A stretch of DNA of 64,000 nt, taken from NCBI GenBank assembly GCA_964423445.1, contig CAYREQ010000002.1:60641-124640 (forward strand), in the 5' to 3' direction. The notes beneath the pieces are model-generated. The model saw nothing but the letters and a program-made list of their open reading frames with translations. It was not told the origin of the DNA and did no database searches. Source of the stretch: an uncultured Candidatus Saccharibacteria bacterium (GTDB taxonomy: Bacteria; Patescibacteriota; Minisyncoccia; Phycocordibacterales; UBA9973). Below are positions 59,387-64,000 of this stretch, piece after piece. Both the position numbers and the translations under genes were made by a program. The number at the start of each line of letters is the position of its first letter. Position 1 is the first letter of the stretch.

Positions 59387-62300
59387 TTGAAAAATTTATT
59401 TTTTCAATCTTTTAAATTTTCTATCTCTCTGTTTATAATAATTGGTCTTACTTATTCTCCTTCATCACCTGTCAGCAATGTGAAATCTTTGGAAGCTGCC
59501 ACTACTACAGTGATACTAACTTCAGGCACCACTTGGGCAGTACCCGCAGATTGGAATGACAATGCAAACTGGATAGAAGTAATAGGAGGAGGAGGAAAAG
59601 GTTTTTCCGCAGCTGCTACTGGTGAAGGAGGAGGTGGAGGAGGTGCGTACTCTCTTTCAAGAAATGTGAATATGCCAGAGTCTACTACTGTCACGATAAA
59701 TGTCGGATTAGGAGGTACTTCAGCTGGAGTCAACGGAGGGGATACATTTATTTGTAATACACAAAATAGTGGAGGAACTTGTGACGCGATAACAGATGGA
59801 GCAGTGGTGACTGGAGCAAAAGGAGGACTAACTGCTACTAGCATAACTGGTGTTGCTGGAGGCTCAGCTGCTTCCGGCGTTGCTACAGGCGCTTGGGGTG
59901 TAAAATTTTCTGGAGGTACAGGTGGAACAGGAAATGCTACAGGAAAGAACGGAGGTGGAGGAGGAGGTGCTGCAGGACCAAGAGGGCCAGGAACAAATGG
60001 AGGAGCTGGAGGAAACTCTACTACAAACCACGGTGGAGGAGGAGGAGGAGGAAATGGAGGAGCTACAGCTGCTGGAACTGCGGGTAGTACTACAGGAGGA
60101 GCTGGGGCAAATGGATCATCTGCAACCGGATCAGGAGCAGGGGGAAATGCAAACAACGGTACTGCAGGTACAGCAGGAACAGGAGGAGGTGGAGGAGGAG
60201 GAGACAGTACTTTTTCTGGAGGTGCAGGTGCTACAAGTACAAGTGAATGGAGTGGTACACATGGAGCAGGAGGTGGAGGAGGAGGTGCTGGATCAACAAG
60301 CGGAAACGGGGGAAACGGAGGACTTTATGGAGCAGGAGGAGGTGGAGGAGTTACTGGTGGACTTGGTGCAAATGGTATCATTGTAATTACATACATTCCT
60401 ACCACTGTAGCTCTCACTACTGTATTTATAACTTCAGGAACTTCTTGGTCTGTTCCTGCAGATTGGAATTCAACAGAAAATTTTGTGGAAGTAATCGGAG
60501 GTGGTGGTGGAGGAAATGATATACAGACAAATGGCTCAGGAGGTGGAGGAGGAGGAGCATATGCTCTCACCAGAAATGTAAGCTTGACCCCTGGAGGAAG
60601 CGCCACTATACAAGTAGGCGCAGGAGGAAATGGTACACCGACTGCAGGTACTGATACTTGGTTTAATGGTGCATCTTGTGCAGCTTCTTCTACTTGTGCA
60701 AAAGGAGGATCAGCGGGAGGTACGACTTCTGGAGGAGCGGGAGGTCTTTCTACTACGAGTATAGGAAGTATAAGATATAAAGGAGGTACAGGAGGAGGAG
60801 GAAACAACACAGGAGATACTTCAGGAGGAGGTGGAGGCGCAGGAGGACGAAGAGGTATAGGTGCAAATGGAGGAGCTGGAAATTCGACTGCCACCGAAGG
60901 AGGAGGAGGTGGAGGAGGCGCAGGAGGTGGAGGCTCAAACGGAACAGCCGGTGCTGCAGCGGCAGGAGGCGCAGGAGGAAATGGATATGGAGGTTCTGGT
61001 GGTGGTACTGCTGGAAACAATGTGACTTGTGGAAGTGGAGGTACTGGAGGAGCTGGAACTGCGGGCACTGGTGCTGGAGGAGGCGGAGGAGATAAACTTT
61101 GTGGAGGAGGTGCGGGTTCTATAGGACAGGAATGGGATGCTACCCATGGTTCAGGTTCTGGAGGTGGAGGTTCTGGAAGTACTACTGCAGGTGCTGGACT
61201 CGTAGGAGGAGCTGGAGGAACATATGGAGGAGGAGGTGGAGGAGGAGGAACTACAAACCTCGGAGGTGCTGGAGGTCAAGGATTAATTGCTGTAACTTAT
61301 AGACCAGTAGCAGTGACTGCTACGACCACAGGTACGCAGACTGCAAATATGACTGTGGGTGCCACTAATCAATACGTAGGTGGTGCATTTGCATTTTCTT
61401 CTACAGCGTCTCTCAGTATAAATGGAATTACTATTACAGAAAGTGGTACAGCTGATGGAACAAATTTAGATAATATAAAACTTTATTATGAGAGCGATAC
61501 CAGTGCTTCTTATGACTGTGCGTCGGAATCTTATGCAGGAACCGAATTACAATTTGGCTCCACGGATGCAGATGGATTTTCTGCGGCGAATGGTACTGCT
61601 ACATTTTCTGGTTCTTCTATAGGTATTTCATCCACATCTACTTTGTGTGTTTATGTAGTATTGGATGTGACGTCTGGTTCTGCAAGTCAGACGATAGAAC
61701 TTTCTATAAATTCTTCTACTGATTTTACTACTGCAAGTAGTCTAGGTACACGCTCTGGAACTTTCCCACTTGCAATTTCTGGTACTACTACACTTCAAGC
61801 AGCAGCAGGAATCACAGTTTCTGGTATTCTATATGGACCAGATGGCACGACGCCAGAACCAAATGTAAAAGGATTGCGTTTGTCAGTAAATGGAGCTGCT
61901 AGTCAGTCCACAAGCTCTACAGTTACCACCGGCGCATTTTCTTTCACTGTATCACCTGGTCCTTCAGATGGAGACGTTATTACTATATGGGTAAATAATG
62001 AATTACAATTTGGTACTTTAGTTCTAAAGTATGGACCTAATGGTTGTAGCCCAAACTGTAGCGTACCAATACAAGAAAACGTTATCCTGATAAAGGATAA
62101 TAGCTCAGGAGCAAATATCTCAAACACTAATCTCGCTGGTTGTGATATAGACACGGGGACAGGCTGTACAGATGCTGATATTAAATTTACTTCAAACGCT
62201 GGTAGCTTAGTAGTATCAGATGGTATTGGATTAACTACTTTAAGTGATTTTACACCAGGGGGAACTATAACCATGAGTTCGTCTGCTGATGGTGCCGATA

Positions 62301-64000
62301 GTAATCTAGATGGAGATATCACTATAGGTTCTAGTACTACTTTAGATATGGGCACTAATGCTCTATCTATCGGTGGAGATTTTACAAACTCTGGGACATT
62401 TACAATTGATACTGGACAGACTACGACATTTACAGCTACAGCTACAGGGCACACCATAGCCGCTGGAGGAGTGGGTGAGAGTTTTTACAATATGGTATTT
62501 AATGGTAGTGGAGGAGATTGGATTTTAGGATCTGGAGATTTTTATGTAGATGGAGATCTCACAATTTCTGCGGGAACTTTTAAGGGACCATCAGGTGCAG
62601 GAAATTTATTTATTCATGGAAATTTTACAGGTACAGGCACGGGAACTTTCAATAGTACAAGTAGTAATGGATATACTACTATAGGTAAACCTGCATCTGG
62701 AAATATAAATTTTGGAGGAGCGACACAGTGGACTTTTGATAATGGATTATTTATTGGTGATGCTAGTGGTACAGGTACAATCACAAAGACCGGAGCCGGG
62801 GCGATAAGTGTGACAAATGGAAAATTCTCACTGACAAATAGCACCACATTTAATGCTGGCAGTGTTGATTATTTTATAAACAGTAGTGGTACAGGTGCAA
62901 GTAAGCCGTTTGACATTCAAACAGGCTCTACTTTTTCTGCGCAGACTTCTAATGTCTATTATGTGGGCACTAGTGCTACTGACATTACTGCACTTTCTTA
63001 TTACAATTTAACATTTGCTCCAGCGTCTGGTTCTCAGACATACACTCTAGGCACAGCTACGTCTCAGACATTAACAGTAGGTAATCTATTTCAAACAATA
63101 TCTGCTGGTGGAACTATGCTCACAATAAATGCAGACACATTTGATCCGGTGGTGGATGTAAATGGCACATTTTATCTAGACCTTAATTCTACTTTTATAG
63201 CCTCTGCAAGTGTGGGAATGACAGTAGCAGGAGCTTTTAGTAATGAATTCGGCGGAACATTTACTCATAGTAATGGAACAGTCACCATGGATGGTGCCAG
63301 TACTTTCAATATCAGCAATACGAGCGCTTTTTACAATTTAATTTTTAACAATGCTTCTGGTACATGGACAGCGACGGGGGACTTGAACATTGGAAATGTC
63401 CTCACCATAACAGCAGGTAATTTTAATGCTTCTTCTCGTACAATTACTTTCTCAGGAAGTGGTACACAATTTGTAAACAACGCGACATTTACACAAGGCA
63501 CTTCAACAGTAGTATATTCTTCAAATAGTGCTCAAAACATAACAGCTCTAAATGGCTCTGGTTCTACAAACGCTTATTATAACTTAGAAGCAAAGACAAG
63601 TATTGTAAACAACACGAAAACTATTTTAGGTAATACTACAGTCAAAAATGTACTGACCATAGGTTCAAGTAATCCTATTCACTCGCTTGCAACTTTGGAT
63701 TTAGGTTCTTACACTTTGACATTGAGTGGTTCTGGAACTCCAATAACATTTGGTGATGCTGCGACTGGTAGGTTTACTGCAAATACAGGAACAGTTATAT
63801 ATACTTCCACTACTGGAATTTCAGCTTTATCTAGTTTGGCAATGACAAGTAATAATGCATTTTATAATTTGACCATAGATGGAGATGGAGGAGGAGACAC
63901 ATTTACTACGGGTCAAGATTTCACTGCTACTAATGATTTGACTGTGACAACTGGAGATATTCTTTCTAGTGCGAATAATGTAATAGTGAATGGAGTAGTA
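59387..64000 (+). CDS. Second giant secreted glycine-rich / beta-helix-like surface protein, continuing past the window end. Absent from the ORF track because there is no stop in the window
   Basis: One frame is open from the in-frame stop at 59276 through 64000, more than 4.6 kb. Candidate starts are TTG 59387 (giving a signal peptide MKNLFFQSFKFSISLFIIIGLTYS) or GTG 59303. The N-terminal half is poly-Gly with two copies of a TSGT(T/S)W(A/S)VPADWN...EVIGGGG...GGGGGGAY(S/A)L(S/T)RNV...GIIVITY(I/R)P module. The remainder is Thr/Ser/Gly/Asn-rich beta-type repeats. Confidence 0.65.
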   Translation, partial: MKNLFFQSFKFSISLFIIIGLTYSPSSPVSNVKSLEAATTTVILTSGTTWAVPADWNDNANWIEVIGGGGKGFSAAATGEGGGGGGAYSLSRNVNMPESTTVTINVGLGGTSAGVNGGDTFICNTQNSGGTCDAITDGAVVTGAKGGLTATSITGVAGGSAASGVATGAWGVKFSGGTGGTGNATGKNGGGGGGAAGPRGPGTNGGAGGNSTTNHGGGGGGGNGGATAAGTAGSTTGGAGANGSSATGSGAGGNANNGTAGTAGTGGGGGGGDSTFSGGAGATSTSEWSGTHGAGGGGGGAGSTSGNGGNGGLYGAGGGGGVTGGLGANGIIVITYIPTTVALTTVFITSGTSWSVPADWNSTENFVEVIGGGGGGNDIQTNGSGGGGGGAYALTRNVSLTPGGSATIQVGAGGNGTPTAGTDTWFNGASCAASSTCAKGGSAGGTTSGGAGGLSTTSIGSIRYKGGTGGGGNNTGDTSGGGGGAGGRRGIGANGGAGNSTATEGGGGGGGAGGGGSNGTAGAAAAGGAGGNGYGGSGGGTAGNNVTCGSGGTGGAGTAGTGAGGGGGDKLCGGGAGSIGQEWDATHGSGSGGGGSGSTTAGAGLVGGAGGTYGGGGGGGGTTNLGGAGGQGLIAVTYRPVAVTATTTGTQTANMTVGATNQYVGGAFAFSSTASLSINGITITESGTADGTNLDNIKLYYESDTSASYDCASESYAGTELQFGSTDADGFSAANGTATFSGSSIGISSTSTLCVYVVLDVTSGSASQTIELSINSSTDFTTASSLGTRSGTFPLAISGTTTLQAAAGITVSGILYGPDGTTPEPNVKGLRLSVNGAASQSTSSTVTTGAFSFTVSPGPSDGDVITIWVNNELQFGTLVLKYGPNGCSPNCSVPIQENVILIKDNSSGANISNTNLAGCDIDTGTGCTDADIKFTSNAGSLVVSDGIGLTTLSDFTPGGTITMSSSADGADSNLDGDITIGSSTTLDMGTNALSIGGDFTNSGTFTIDTGQTTTFTATATGHTIAAGGVGESFYNMVFNGSGGDWILGSGDFYVDGDLTISAGTFKGPSGAGNLFIHGNFTGTGTGTFNSTSSNGYTTIGKPASGNINFGGATQWTFDNGLFIGDASGTGTITKTGAGAISVTNGKFSLTNSTTFNAGSVDYFINSSGTGASKPFDIQTGSTFSAQTSNVYYVGTSATDITALSYYNLTFAPASGSQTYTLGTATSQTLTVGNLFQTISAGGTMLTINADTFDPVVDVNGTFYLDLNSTFIASASVGMTVAGAFSNEFGGTFTHSNGTVTMDGASTFNISNTSAFYNLIFNNASGTWTATGDLNIGNVLTITAGNFNASSRTITFSGSGTQFVNNATFTQGTSTVVYSSNSAQNITALNGSGSTNAYYNLEAKTSIVNNTKTILGNTTVKNVLTIGSSNPIHSLATLDLGSYTLTLSGSGTPITFGDAATGRFTANTGTVIYTSTTGISALSSLAMTSNNAFYNLTIDGDGGGDTFTTGQDFTATNDLTVTTGDILSSANNVIVNGVV

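Noticed and set aside
59452-62847. Pro-rich minus-strand ORFs (59452..60156, 60325..61068, 61903..62457, 62614..62847) and short + ORFs (59893..60087, 59922..60386, 60247..60519, 61099..61302)
   Set aside because: All are shadow or alternate-frame artefacts of GGA/GGT-rich coding sequence (GGAGGA read as TCCTCC gives Pro/Ser, or shifted to Glu/Arg). They are fragmented. A single + frame is stop-free across the whole region and encodes a coherent signal peptide plus repeat protein.
1-64000. Alternative genetic code (UGA=Gly, as in Gracilibacteria/SR1)
   Set aside because: rpoC, dnaE, hisS and the other conserved genes are full length with no in-frame TGA in the standard code.

Overview
This is a 64 kb, low-GC (about 33-36%) bacterial contig read in the standard genetic code; the conserved genes are uninterrupted, so UGA recoding is not in use. 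Gene content and style suggest a streamlined, probably monoderm, CPR/Patescibacteria-like organism. The evidence is compact housekeeping genes, a split transketolase, weak Shine-Dalgarno sites, and giant surface proteins. The lineage call is inference only. The core genes are rpoB (5'-truncated by the window edge), rpoC, dnaG and rpoD on the + strand; an rpsB-tsf pair; proS; mreB-mreC; tgt; a compact SpeA-like decarboxylase; a compact RNase P RNA; mltG; tRNA-Thr, tRNA-Ala and tRNA-Asn; hpf; fmt-def-hisS-lepB; pth; dnaE; and a gap-rpiB-rpe-tktN-tktC block with a PfkB sugar kinase. The accessory content has six parts. (1) A DsbA-like / DUF378 / processive GT2 / membrane thioredoxin-fold cluster. 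(2) A small secreted-protein region with a YHYH-like peptide, DUF1428, a chagasin-type protease inhibitor and a Cys/Asp-rich secreted protein. (3) A 1.4 kb GC-rich (about 48-50%) island encoding an OMP-like beta-barrel-type protein, foreign in composition. (4) A tightly coupled three-gene flavin operon: an FMN-binding exported protein, an ApbE flavin transferase and a polytopic membrane FAD/NAD(P) oxidoreductase. (5) An ECF sigma / anti-sigma pair. (6) A surface-protein locus: an LTD-PKD-LTD protein, a membrane-tethered HTH protein translationally coupled to a 3120-aa repeat-rich giant exoprotein, a beta-lactamase-fold serine hydrolase, a Bro-N/DinD-like protein, and a second giant glycine-rich exoprotein on the + strand. 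That second gene has no stop before the window end, so it is absent from the ORF track, and the Pro-rich minus-strand ORFs over it are shadow ORFs. No CRISPR array, rRNA, or clear transposase or integrase was seen.
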